63,176 bases of DNA, filler included, from Octopus bimaculoides (GCF_001194135.2; 7 parts of 6 records of this genome joined end to end with filler, not necessarily neighbours in it); one strand, 5' to 3'. Shown: positions 35,165-48,861, counted from the first letter of the whole stretch. Numbers and translations are program-made. The notes: generated from the letters alone by a model not told the origin.

Positions 35165-37475
35165 TATATATGTATACGTGTATTATACATANNNNNNNNN
35201 NATATATATATGTATACTTATACTTCAAAAATGTGACCACACATAGTTGTGTCTGCTCTTCTCGTTTGAACTTTTCCTTTTCTCTTTTCCAACGAAGAGC
35301 CATGCTCGAAACTCCAAAATCTCTCTCCCTTCACCCGTTCGTTTGTTTCTGTTTTCGTTTTTTTGAAGTCGCAAACTACAGCATACACGTGATTACAAAA
35401 ACACAAATTTTATAACTTGCACAGTAAACACAGCAATGTCATTCGACACACTGCCTCATGAACGTTGCTGCTAACTCTCACAGCACACGCAACCATGTGC
35501 TGCCATCCGTTGATCCGCTACATAATTAGCCCGGGGACTAGATGTTCTGAGACTTTTATCATCCGTCAGAGATTTCTAGCACACTAGTCATTCAAAACCA
35601 TTATTCCAAATTAGCAGTTCTATTAGTTGACGAATTGGATTCCAGGAAATAACACCTCCTGTCAAGACACCATCTCAAGCGTCCTTGAGGTTAGCGCCTT
35701 CTTTCACCAGTTAAAATTTATAGCGCCAGAAACTCTACAGAACTTTGATAGCGTTGAAGCAGGAGACAGCTCAATTCTTGCTAAGTAAATCAGCAAAAAG
35801 CTTCAACAATTTTCGGTGGTCTCTCATCCTTTAAATAAGTAATGACCAAGTTAGTACAATAAATTCGATTCCTACATCCTTGTCTCACTACCAGTGAGGA
35901 ATTGTTAATTTGGGAATGTATTCATGCTTAGCCTTCCCTTAATAAAACCTGTTGTTAAATGTTTGCGAGGTTGGCTTTTGTTGTAATATAGATAGCCTAA
36001 TCTCACACCACAATTTTTACAACAATATCAACTAGGATAATGGAACAACCATTAAAATAAACCTATTTCGCGAGACTTGTATTTGCATTGTAGATTTTAG
36101 TGAACAACCGGACATATCCTTTACGCGCATATATCAGTATGCCAAGTGGTTGAAACAGGTTGAAAAGGTAAAAATTGTCAGCAAAAATTTTCTCTACAAA
36201 TGTGTCCTTGCTTTGTTCACAACGCAAACTCAAGTTTATTGCATTCAATTACCACTATCATCAGTAAGACTACTCTTAAAGACGTATTATGACCCTTAGT
36301 GACACATTGTTCTCATTCTGGAAAAGAATTATGACAAAAATAAGAAAAAAGAAAGAAAGGAAAAAAAAAGAAAAAAAAAGGAAAGGATTTCAGGCCGCAT
36401 TGCAAACAAAGGAACGTAACTTATTGGTCAAGTCTCAGTAACCAACATCCTACAATCTGTCCTTCACAAACAAATTTTCATTTCAATTTGTAGCTTAACC
36501 TGCAACAAAGGTGTGATAGTGAAATTGCTTGTTGCTTATTATCTCCACGTAGACTCTCTACGAAAGCAGTCTCATCTATTCTCATCACTCATATCCGTTT
36601 TTCAACTTTCCGATCTGCAATATTAACTACAAACAAATCTTTCTTTTAGAAAATACCGACGAACTGGAATTATCTTTCAGTTCATGTTTTTCTGCAGACA
36701 TCAATTTGCGGACGTTCAAACAGGACACCCTTTCACTAGTCTCAGAAGTCTTGGAAAAGGCAAGGGAAGTGCCCGTTCCGCCTCGCTAAGCTATAAAGAA
36801 GTACTATTTTGATCAATTGTTGTTGGTGTCTCACTTCACTCGCATCATTAAACATTTCGATGCTAATAGCCATCACATTGTGGGAAAGTAAGAACCTAAC
36901 ATATCATGCCACAGCTGTATATAAAACTAACTAGAATATTTAAGCAGGATGATGCGTTCAAGTTGAACGTATCTTGAGATAATATAATCCTGTTGAACAT
37001 AGCAAAAATAACTTAAGATTTCGTTAACTTCACACAAGATATACTACCTTATAATAGGATAAATCACGTCTCTGCTTAACTGGGATAAATATTAACTCAC
37101 AGAAACTGTTCTTCCTAAAAATTGCTACTGATAGGGAAATTTTCTGTCCATTTCCTTTATTTCCGATTAGCAGAAAGGGTTCTAGAGGTGAAATCATGAT
37201 AAATCAAATCAAAAGTGGATAGAAAACAAATATTTTACGTGCAAAGAAAAGGGGAATTAAACACGGTTTCATGAATAACCATTTTCACCCTTTTATTTTC
37301 TTTATGTCTATCTCTTTCTCTTTCTTACTTTTCTTTTCATTATTCCCTCCGGTAAATTTTTTCACGATTCTACTATTTAATTCTTAACTTTTCGTTCTAT
37401 TTTTTCTCATTTGCTATGATTTTAACATCCTTTTATTATGTTCTCACAGTGTTGGTATNNNNNNNNNNTATATAC

Positions 37476-37509
<34 letters not shown>

Positions 37510-37829
37510 CAGACAGACAGACAGATATATGTTTATTGAATTAAGACAAATAAGATTCAAATGCTTAGATTTGTATTACTCTTCTTCTGTCATCTTCATT
37601 GTTACGAAAAGAGTCTAAAACTTATTCTTAGATCCATTGAAAATTTATATAATTTCTTCTTTATCTGTGTGTTTAGGCATCTCAAAAAACACAAAGATTC
37701 CTGATATAGAAATACTTTCCACCTCATCATAATGTAACAATGCCCATATTGTAAAATGTTTTATTAAACATGATTTCTATAAGTGAAACAGATATTATAT
37801 TCTACCCAGTAACATTTTCTGATTATTTT

Positions 37830-38013
37830 AAGGCGGCGAACTGACAGAAACGTCAGCACACCGGGCAAAATGCTTAGTTCGGAGTTCAGATTCCGCCGAA
37901 GTTGCCATTCAGGATCGATCAAATAAGTACCACTTTATCATTAAGGTAGATGTGCTCCACTTACCAACGCCCACCGAAAATGATGGACTGGTGCCAAAAT
38001 TTGAAGTCAGTAT
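37830..38013 (+). mobile_element. SINE family 2, degenerate with internal deletions
   Basis: AAGGCGGCGAACTGACAGAAACG head, GATCAAATAAGTACCA core remnant and GTGCCAAAATTTGAA tail. Confidence 0.7.
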
Positions 38014-38197
38014 CTGTGACTGTTTTCCTTTCTATTCTTAATCATTTCAGCACTGCCCTATCTAACAGATTATCTAACATGCCATCCTGAGAAAGTAGGT
38101 TGATTCATGCACAAAGACGACTTTGGAAAAAAACAATTTTCAAGTGAAATGCAGCAGGATTTGGAAAGATAATGACGTTCGTATTACATATTTATAC

Positions 38198-38349
38198 TAC
38201 GAGGGGCTGTTCAAAAGTTCCCGAGTTTAAGGGTACCGCGAAAGGCCTAGCTGAAGTGCCAACCTTCCGATATTCTTGTAAGAGGGCTTAGAAAAACTAA
38301 AAGACCGATGCAATACAGGTGTGAAGGAACTTTTCAGCCCCACCTCGTA
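38198..38349. mobile_element. mariner-derived MITE (~150 bp), flanked by TA
   Basis: TIRs TACGAGGGGCTGTTCAAAAGTTCC and reverse complement TACGAGGTGGGGCTGAAAAGTTCC. Internal EGLEKLKDRCNT resembles the mariner transposase C-terminus. Confidence 0.8.
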
Positions 38350-39028
38350 TATACTATGTTAACTCGACTACCGGAAAATACTGCAAGCAGTTGCTTCTAA
38401 GAAAACGAGAAGAGGTCGGTTTACGCTCAGAATTTAAGACATCGTTCTGTAGAATAGGCTCGAAGTCCTAAAAGATCGAGATTTAATGGTTATCTATCTT
38501 TTTCTATTCTGTAGTCAATTTGCGTTATCTTCTCTTTGGGTAATTCTTTTACGTTTAAGCATAATTCCATCTCATTTCTTTCAGAAACTCAGGAGATATA
38601 TATCTATATGTTATTTATATATATATATATANNNNNNNNNNNNNNNNNNNNNNNNNNNNNNNNNNNNNNNNNNNNNNNNNNNNNNNNNNNNNNNNNNNNN
38701 NNNNNNNNNNNNNNNNNNNNNNNNNNNNNNNNNNNNNNNNNNNNNNNNNNNNNNNNNNNNNNNNNNNNNNNNNNNNNNNNNNNNNNNNNNNNNNNNNNNN
38801 NNNNNNNNNNNNNNNNNNNNNNNNNNNNNNNNNNNNNNNNNNNNNNNNNNNNNNNNNNNNNNNNNNNNNNNNNNNNNNNNNNNNNNNNNNNNNNNNNNNN
38901 NNNNNNNNNNNNNNNNNNNNNNNNNNNNNNNNNNNNNNNNNNNNNNNNNNNNNNNNNNNNNNNNNNNNNNNNNNNNNNNNNNNNNNNNNNNNNNNNNNNN
39001 NNNNNNNNNNNNNNNNNNNNNNNNNNNN

Positions 39029-39099
<71 letters not shown>

Positions 39100-42000
39100 A
39101 GTGAAACTAAACTGCAATCCATCATTTCTGAGTAATTTTTCTTCCCATCATTATATATTTAAGATAACAGACCTATTAACATTATCACCACATAGAATCT
39201 ATTAATATGCGTGTGTATTTGGATGAGTGTTGTTATTGTATGTGGTCGTACGTTTCCCTCTGTGTATCTATACGAATCAACTCTTGTGTGTATCGAATGA
39301 GGTAGTAGGTAACGAAAACAAAAATATGTAAACGTTACTCCCAAGTAAAAGCTCTCATATTTATATTCATATATGAAGCAGCATATACGTACGCTGAAAC
39401 ACTGCTGCAGTATTGCACTAATAGTATTCACTTGTTACCGTTTATTAATTAATAATAACGTATTGTATGTAATGTGTAATATATATGTGATATATATAGT
39501 GGTATCCGATACAAATTTTACTCTTTTATGACGACAATTACTGTAGAAATCCATTCACCAACAACCTCGTTACTCATAATTGAAAAATAAAATGAAACCT
39601 ACTGCCATTTGTCCAAGTGTGTTCGAACATATCTTACAGCGATGACTAAGATTTACACTGTTTATCCTTTAATTATCCTTACTTATTTTTTCAGTTTATT
39701 GAGAAAGGAACGTGTAACGAGTATATCAGTAAAATTTCTTTAACTTCTCAAGAGGGGCGACTGGAAGTGAAGCATTTATCCTAAACCAGAAGTACGATCC
39801 GAATATTACTGCAGAATGAAATCTACTAGAAACCCCTAACTCATTAAACCGTGCGGAAGATGACGTCTACCATCAATTTAAATTGCTATCGCTATACACA
39901 TAACAGTTTTGCCTATGTTGAGATTCACAGGTGCAACACAAACAGACACAACGCAACCCGTACGTATATCAAAGGGTTAATTTAATACAGAGCTAGGGTA
40001 AACCTTACACACAGAGGAATTCCATATATTCCATGACAAAGTTAAAACGTGTTTGCAGAATATTTGTGTCACCAACGTATGTGTGTGTGGGGGGGGGGTG
40101 CCTGTGTAAGTATATATGACTTTTATGAGCATGAAATACGTATATCATAATATTAGTAAATATTCTCATTAATTCAAATATATTGAGTCTTTCATTGTAT
40201 ATAAATAATTTCCTTAAACCAGCAATACGCACACACATTCATACACACAAACACACACAAACGCACACATACACACACACATTTATATATATACACATAC
40301 ACCAATGTAAATCTGTATATATACATTTATGCATATATGTATATATACACACACATATATACAGATATACACATACATACATACAAATATATATGTATGT
40401 ATGACTGTATGCGTGTGTGTGTGTATATATGCGAATATACCATACGTTTTTATGTGAGGGAATCTGTTGTTTGTGTGTATGTGTGAGTACATATGTGCGA
40501 TTATGTATCGGTGTAAGCGTATTTTCAAGCAAAAAACATATATTACTGAAAAGAAGGAAAAGAAATCCGTAACATATACCTATGCACTCATGATCGTATT
40601 ACACATATTCACTAAAACATGCACTGACATGTGTACGCACGTGTCCCCATCGCATATATGTATATATATATATATATATATGTATATGTGAATGTATATA
40701 TGTGTAGTATGGCTCTGTATGTACATGTGTGTCAATGTCTGTGTATATGTGTTTATTTGCGCGCGTGTTGTGTATCGCGCTGGATACATGTCATATGAAC
40801 TAAAAGCAGATATTGAAAAGAAGACAAAAGGCTTATTTGGTTTCCCAATCATGTTACTTATAAATATCAAACAGATGGGATGAACAGAAATTACTCTAAA
40901 TAATTAAAACGAAGTGATAATTGCTTTGCTGACCGAAAAATACTTTATATAAGAGAAAATGATAGAAATATATGATGGATTGCATTTATAACATTCGTTA
41001 TTGTTGTCCGTTTTCCATTTTACGATAAAAGCGGAGATCAATCTAATTCATTACATGTTGCTCTTATATTATTAATTGTATGCGCGGCTAAATCCATTTG
41101 ACCATTTAAAACTTTTCATATTTATCTTTATCATTATTAGTTGCACATGCATATTTGAATTCAATTAACCTGCTTTAACAGAGGATCAATTTCTTCCGCT
41201 TAATGAGTATTACATAGTGTGTCGTTTAAAGTTCAAAATAAGAAATGTAAGAAATTTTGTTACAACGTTATTTTAGTTTCTATTGAGGTAGTATAACATA
41301 ATTATTGTATTTTAATAAAGTTTATTTTAACAATATTGTAGCTTTTTAATCAAGTATCTTTCCATCGTTCTTGTAGTGCATCTCTTAATTATAGTTTTTG
41401 ACTTGTGTGTATAATCAACACCATTCGCCGTGGTGCAAATGAAGCAATTGTGGTAGGAATATACAAACATACATATATACAGACATGTATGTATGTATGT
41501 ATGTATGTATGTATGTATGCAAGCGCTCACCTACGACTGGTACAAATACACATTTACCTATTACTGGTAAGGGTGGGTACCCGTTTTCCATGGCGTGTAT
41601 GAATGACCGAGAACACATTTCCTCTGTACGAGACGAAGGTCTCTCGCTGGATTCAAGGCCAGTAATTTTGAGCGGTGATAGAAGTCGATTCTATCATTCA
41701 GCTATAGTTATTTAATTACACCGATATTCACCATAAAGAAGAATTATAAAAAGTCTCTAAATGTGACTCGGGTATTAAGGAATACCTACATTGCGAGAAA
41801 TAAGAGCTAAACTGCAGATAACGCACATGAATGAAAATATATATACACTAACAGGGGCAAAAATCATTCGAAAAGTGCCAACCGTGAATATTTAATACTG
41901 ACGCGTCAGTTCCGGCAATTTCCATTACCTCCTCAGTTAAGACAGCTCGACTGTTCGGCTCTTTCTAGATTCGCTTCGCCATTACTATTAATGTTTTCGT

Positions 42001-42302
42001 CATCTAAATAATTGGATGATTTAGCGATTCGCTAATGTGCATATATAAGATTAATATAAGCAGCAGTTTGCAAATTTTCACCAAAACAGGGAATTATAAA
42101 TGTCACTAAACGTGATTAGGGTGTTAGCAAACACCCACATTGCTAGAAAATATGTGTATATATAAGCAAATACACATACATATAAATATGTGTGTTTGTA
42201 TANNNNNNNNNNNNNNNNNNNNNNNNNNNNNNNNNNNNNNNNNNNNTTAATTAATTAANNNNNNNNNNNNNNNNNNNNNNNNNNNNNNNNNNNNNNNNNN
42301 NN

Positions 42303-42367
<65 letters not shown>

Positions 42368-43095
42368 GAGAAAATAGAGAAATACACACACATATATACA
42401 TGTTGTTAAATATTTTTTTAAGGCCCAAACAATGCAAGTTTTAAAAAAATTAAAATTATAGGCTGATGGTTGGTACTGGTGTTTTAATATTTTGGGGTTA
42501 GGACCCCTTTCTTTAGGAAATCTACAGAGATACATATATGAAGGCTTTAGTAAAAATATTTGGTTATGAAAGGAATACAATAGCCATACAACTATGCCTA
42601 TGTCCAATTGTTAATCTTAATTTGAGCATGGTATTTACATATCACATAAAGATACATGTTTCAAATGTGCAATGCAAATGTTTAGGCCAAACATGTAACT
42701 GAATTTGCACAGTTAATTTCTAAAGTAATAACAATAGAAACAGAATAATTGTAATAACTCTTGCTATAAATTATTGCATAATTTCTAACAAAGATACAAG
42801 GCCACACATTTGGAAAGAAAGGAATTGTCAATTAAATTTATCTCAGTACATGAGTCATGCTTTATTTCATTGACCCTGGAAGGGAGAATGGTAAAGTTGA
42901 CCTCAGCAGGATTTGAACTCAAAACATACAAAGGTGTAACTAAATACCATGAGGCATTTTGTCTAATACTCAAATGATTCTGAGATTTACTGTCACATAA
43001 TTAAGATCTGCTGCATATGTCAGAGAGAACATGGGTTCAATCTCATTGTGATCCCATAAATGAACCAGTAACAACAAACATACCAGAGAGGCAGG

Positions 43096-43150
<55 letters not shown>

Positions 43151-43197
43151 CGTCATCATCATCATCATCATCATCATCATAATCATCATTTAGCATT

Positions 43198-43333
43198 TAC
43201 TTGGTGTTAGGAAGGGAATCTAGCCATAGAAACCATGCCAAATCAGATTGGAACCTGGTGCAGATCTACACCTTACCATGCCAGCATGGAAAAGGGATGT
43301 GAAATGAAGATGATGATGATGATGATGATGATG
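43198..43333 (+). mobile_element. SINE-like family 5, 3' fragment with (GAT)n tail
   Basis: TTGGTGTTAGGAAGGGAATCTAGCC...GCCAGCATGGAAAAGGGATGT then (GAT)n. Matches 44580-44727. Confidence 0.72.
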
Positions 43334-43631
43334 ATATGTGTGTATGTGTGTGTGGGGTTGTGTATGTATGTGTGTATGTGTGTGTATCATTGTTATGCAA
43401 AATGTCGTAAGTTTAAAAACAGTGCTTTTATCAGCAAATGAAAAAAATAGTTTCACCATTCCATAGTAAATCCGTTGTACTACACCTTGACAATTTTTGA
43501 AATTTTGGCATCAGAAGCAGCTGGAGATACGATAGTGTGACCAAAAGAACCAGCTACTGTAAGCAAAATAAATATTGAAAAAAATGCATTTGGCCAAATT
43601 TGGACATACAACAGTTTAACATAATAATAAC

Positions 43632-43672
<41 letters not shown>

Positions 43673-44497
43673 NNNNNNNNNNNNNNNNNNNNNNNNNNNN
43701 NNNNNNNNNNNNNNNNNNNNNNNNNNNNNNNNNNNNNNNNNNNNNNNNNNNNNNNNNNNNNNNNNNNNNNNNNNNNNNNNNNNNNNNNNNNNNNNNNNNN
43801 NNNNNNNNNNNNNNNNNNNNNNNNNNNNNNNNNNNNNNNNNNNNNNNNNNNNNNNNNNNNNNNNNNNNNNNNNNNNNNNNNNNNNNNNNNNNNNNNNNNN
43901 NNNNNNNNNNNNNNNNNNNNNNNNNNNNNNNNNNNNNNNNNNNNNNNNNNNNNNNNNNNNNNNNNNNNNNNNNNNNNNNNNNNNNNNNNNNNNNNNNNNN
44001 NNNNNNNNNNNNNNNNNNNNNNNNNNNNNNNNNNNNNNNNNNNNNNNNNNNNNNNNNNNNNNNNNNNNNNNNNNNNNNNNNNNNNNNNNNNNNNNNNNNN
44101 NNNNNNNNNNNNNNNNNNNNNNNNNNNNNNNNNNNNNNNNNNNNNNNNNNNNNNNNNNNNNNNNNNNNNNNNNNNNNNNNNNNNNNNNNNNNNNNNNNNN
44201 NNNNNNNNNNNNNNNNNNNNNNNNNNNNNNNNNNNNNNNNNNNNNNNNNNNNNNNNNNNNNNNNNNNNNNNNNNNNNNNNNNNNNNNNNNNNNNNNNNNN
44301 NNNNNNNNNNNNNNNNNNNNNNNNNNNNNNNNNNNNNNNNNNNNNNNNNNNNNNNNNNNNNNNNNNNNNNNNNNNNNNNNNNNNNNNNNNNNNNNNNNNN
44401 NNNNNNNNNNNNNNNNNNNNNNNNNNNNNNNNNNNNNNNNNNNNNNNNNNNNNNNNNNNNNNNNNNNNNNNNNNNNNNNNNNNNNNNNNNNNNNNNG

Positions 44498-44727
44498 GTG
44501 GCATATAAAAGACACCATTTCGAGCGTGGCCGTTTTCGTGCGGGTGACACGTAAAAGCACCCACAACACTCTCTGAGTGGTTGGCGTTAGGAAGGGCAGC
44601 CAGCTGTAGAAACTCTGCCAAATTAGATTGGATCCTGGTGTTGCCATCCGGTTTCACCAGTCCTCAGTCAAATCGTCCAACCCATGCTAGCATGGAAAGC
44701 GGACGTTAAACGATGATGATGATGATA
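44498..44727 (+). mobile_element. SINE-like family 5, 3' part with (GAT)n tail (5' in gap)
   Basis: CACGTAAAAGCACCC...TGGTTGGCGTTAGGAAGGGCAGCCAGCTGTAGAAAC...CCCATGCTAGCATGGAAAGCGGACGTTAAACGATGATG. Homologs at 43198, about 46990 and 62151. Confidence 0.82.
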
Positions 44728-44880
44728 TATATATACATACACACGTTTATTGATTCATTTTGCAAGATACCTGATTTGAAATTGTGTATTGAAACAGATA
44801 TTGTTGCATTCCAGGATGGTCATTTCATTTTTGTTTTTGCATATGTTTATTTGGTAAAAAGAAAAAAAGCATTCTGAAAT

Positions 44881-44927
<47 letters not shown>

Positions 44928-44932
<5 letters not shown>

Positions 44933-45589
44933 GGTGCGATAGGTAAATTGTCACCATTTTTTATATATTTTAAATTTTACACATGCATATTGTTTGTTTT
45001 TGATTTTTTGACCACATACCATAGTATGGTCCGTTGGGCACCATCTATGAGAAAAACACCACCATGACGCTATTCACTCTGCTAGAAATTTGGAAACAAT
45101 ATGCTGTACTGCTTGGCATTCACTCCAGAAGCTCTAATATGAACAGATGGTGAACACACAGAACAACCGTTGACTTGCCATGTCCCAAAAACATGTACTG
45201 AGAGTGATAGAAATCAAACATCCAGTCAACAGCATGGAATTTGGAGTGATTACTAGTGATGGTGACATAATACTTTCATTCATCTTCCCACACGGCCTCA
45301 GACTCAACGTGGTCGCCTACATCAAGTGCCTGGAGGAGGTAGTGTTTCCCTGGGTCAAGAGGGTGGCTGTTGGAAGACCCCTGTGTCTGGCAACAGGACT
45401 CTGCACCATGCCACACAGGCAGGAGAACCCAGTCATGGCTGTCAGACAATTTCTGTAACTGCATCAACCTTAAAATCTAGCCACCTAACTCTCCAGACTG
45501 CCACCTCCTTGATTATTATGTGTGGGGCACAGTTGAGCAAGAAACCAACAACACTCCTTGTAACACCAAAGATGAACTGAAGGCAAGGA
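44928..45589 (+). mobile_element. Tc1/mariner DNA transposon, DD37D (maT-type) transposase remnant, internally deleted; runs into a gap
   Basis: TA|CAGGGTGCG terminus. Translation KHPVNSMEFGVITSDG...FIFPHGLRLN..YIKCLEEVV.PW, a frameshift, then VWQQDSAPCHT...PPNSPDCHLLDYYVWG with 37 residues between the second and third catalytic Asp. Confidence 0.92.
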
Positions 45590-46250
45590 NNNNNNNNNNN
45601 NNNNNNNNNNNNNNNNNNNNNNNNNNNNNNNNNNNNNNNNNNNNNNNNNNNNNNNNNNNNNNNNNNNNNNNNNNNNNNNNNNNNNNNNNNNNNNNNNNNN
45701 NNNNNNNNNNNNNNNNNNNNNNNNNNNNNNNNNNNNNNNNNNNNNNNNNNNNNNNNNNNNNNNNNNNNNNNNNNNNNNNNNNNNNNNNNNNNNNNNNNNN
45801 NNNNNNNNNNNNNNNNNNNNNNNNNNNNNNNNNNNNNNNNNNNNNNNNNNNNNNNNNNNNNNNNNNNNNNNNNNNNNNNNNNNNNNNNNNNNNNNNNNNN
45901 NNNNNNNNNNNNNNNNNNNNNNNNNNNNNNNNNNNNNNNNNNNNNNNNNNNNNNNNNNNNNNNNNNNNNNNNNNNNNNNNNNNNNNNNNNNNNNNNNNNN
46001 NNNNNNNNNNNNNNNNNNNNNNNNNNNNNNNNNNNNNNNNNNNNNNNNNNNNNNNNNNNNNNNNNNNNNNNNNNNNNNNNNNNNNNNNNNNNNNNNNNNN
46101 NNNNNNNNNNNNNNNNNNNNNNNNNNNNNNNNNNNNNNNNNNNNNNNNNNNNNNNNNNNNNNNNNNNNNNNNNNNNNNNNNNNNNNNNNNNNNNNNNNNN
46201 NNNNNNNNNNNNNNNNNNNNNNNNNNNNNNNNNNNNNNNNNNNNNNNNNN

Positions 46251-46287
<37 letters not shown>

Positions 46288-47404
46288 ATATATATAGGTT
46301 AAATGTATATATATATATGGGCTTCCTGTTATATAAACAATAGAAGATTGAATATGTTATGTAGATGGGCTTTTCAATTATTTTTTCCTGTGAATTTGAT
46401 ATTGCTTTCTTTGATACTGTCATCAAATTAGATTACTATTTTATTTTGGTCTACTGCTCTTGTGTGTGTTTTTGTGAATCACTTGAAATGAAATAGACAG
46501 GATGTTGTGTTGCTAAAAGAACAATAAAACGTCCGTGTTGGTTATCCTACAGATCAATCATTATGAAGCGGAGTAAAATTATTCCAGCTGGGACCACTGC
46601 ATCTTATTTTCAGGGACTACACATTGCTGACTACAACATTTCACTCTTTCTTGCCTTACTCTCTCCCCTATCACACTTAGCCAACATAGAACACTCAACC
46701 TAGTGTTAATTTATATTACCATTCCCAATTCCACTACTCCTCTTTTCCTCACTACACCTCCTTAAAGCATGAAGCTGCCAATCATTGTCTCTCTTCAATT
46801 TCTCCCTCCCCTTTCGTCCTATTCACTCTGTCTGAGCCATCCTATTCATACTTATAATATGGCAATGTCTGCCATAGACAAATGGAAACAATATAGCATA
46901 GGGAGAACTATTTAGCCTTGCAGGGGACAATGCAATCTCTATAGTGCTGGTTCAAAATAAAATGTACTCAGTACATTTTGTGAAGCAATTAGTGTTAGGA
47001 AGGGCATGTTATCATAGATGCCATATCAAATGAAATGTATAAGCAAGATATGGTCTCTCAAGTCTTCCAGAAGCGCAGCAACTCTGAATAAGAGCTAATC
47101 TGGATTTGAACTGGGATGACACATGCAATCCATGACAACCTGAGAAACAGATATAAAATATGAATGATAATGATAATGAATGACCTAGAATTACACAATC
47201 TGTTGTCTTTCATTTTGGAAGATGAGAGGGTATGACGTCAAGGAGGTTTGTTAATTTCTTTGCATCAGAGTGAATAATGAAGTAGACCAATGATTCCCAA
47301 CCATTTTGTTACCTATGGACCCCTTTGATTCCTACCTTACCCTGATGGACCTTCCAAGCCATTCAATGTTTAAAAAATTCTATTATATTTTCGTGCCATA
47401 CAAT

Positions 47405-47938
47405 AGGTATGGCTGTGTGGTAAGAAGCTTGCTTCCTAACCACAAGGTTCTGGGTTCAGTCCCATTGCATGGCACCTTATATCTATGTGTGTATGTCTAT
47501 GTGTCTGTATCAGTCCCCTCATCGCCACTCGGCAACTGGTGTTGGTGTGTTTACGTCCCTGTAACTTAGCAGTTTGTCAAAAGATACCAATAGAATAAGT
47601 ACTAGGCTTAACTCATATATACCTCTGGCTGTGCTTTTGCAATGCAAAACCTGCTCTAACTTGTTTGGACATGAACCTGCTGCGAAGCATCTGACTGAGA
47701 ATACAAAATGTTCAGTAGGTAGTCGATACCCATTGCTAACAGTTGCATAATGTCCTTCTTTTACAGATTGTGAAAGCTTACCATAATGTTTAATCTAAAT
47801 ACAGTGAAATTTTTTATGGGCATATATGGGTTAAAAAATAAGTCCTTGGGTTGATTTATTTGCGTTAAATCCTTTAAGGTGGTGCTCCAGCATGGCCACA
47901 GTCAAATGATTGAAACAAATAAAAGAATAAAGGAAATA
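47405..47938 (+). mobile_element. SINE family 1, full length, split by a TTAA insertion
   Basis: Removing 47612-47834 restores AAGTACTAGGCTTAA-AAAATAAGTCCTTGGG, collinear with 5560-5595. Confidence 0.88.
47612..47830. mobile_element. piggyBac-like MITE (219 bp) with TTAA TSD
   Basis: TTAA at 47608-47611 and 47831-47834. TIRs CTCATATATACC and GGCATATATGGG (10/12). Confidence 0.8.
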
Positions 47939-48496
47939 TTAGGAATTACATAAAAAGAAAATTTGTTAAAATATTTTGTGTATTGGAAAAGTACAATCAA
48001 TTTTTCGCCAATACATTTTAACGAAAACATCTTATATAGACCCCCACAAGGTTCATATGAACCCTAGTTGAAAAACACTAGAGAATTCATAGTCAGCTGG
48101 GTAATATGACACAGGAGAAATAAAAATATCCAAATGAGGAATAAAAAGTCCTGATTCATGAGACCATATAAACTACTGATGTTTCATCAAACTTCTAGTA
48201 AGAGACATTATTACATATGATAACATTCATATAAATTAGCTAAGAAACTCCAGAATTTTTAGTAGAGATTTAGATGTGATATATAATCAGTTCTGCTCTT
48301 GAGAACATATATCTCTCTTCCCCACATTAAACCAGAAACTGAAAGTGCTTATCATATGGATGTCTGATTTATGAAAAGATTGAGTTAAAATGTTGTATAT
48401 GGAGGTCAAAGATCATAACTAGGCATTTGATTATATATTGTTTAGTTCAAGATTCAGCTTTCTGTTAAAAAAAAAAAAAATATATATATGTGGGCA

Positions 48497-48655
48497 CAGA
48501 CAGGGGCTGTGTGGTTAAGAAGCTTGCCTTGTAATCACATGGTTTTAGGTTCAATTCCATTGTGTGTCAACTTGGGCAAGTGCCCTGGGCCAGCAAATGT
48601 TTTATCAGTGAATTTGATTCTTAAAAACTGTGTGGAAGCCAGTTGTGTATGTATG
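48497..48655 (+). mobile_element. SINE family 1, 5' half
   Basis: GGGGCTGTGTGGTTAAGAAGCTTGC...GGTTCAATTCC...CTTGGGCAAGTGCC...GGAAGCCAGTTGTGTATG. Confidence 0.78.
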
Positions 48656-48861
48656 TCTCTTCTATTTTTTTAATTATTATAAATCTTCCACTGAAGAGGG
48701 AGCCAGTTTCCAATAAAGATATGAAGTTAATGTATGTATGTATGTATGTATGTATGCATGTATGTATGTATGTATGTATGTATGTATGTATGTACGTACG
48801 TACGTATGTATGTATGTATATATGTATGTATGTATGCATGCATGTATGTCTGTATGTATGT

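Larger units (their letters stand above)
47287..48081. mobile_element. hAT-like MITE hosting nested insertions
   Basis: Imperfect TIRs CCAATGATTCCCAACC and AGTTGAAAAACACTAG (10/16), subterminal GACCCC motifs. No TSD recovered. Confidence 0.5.
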
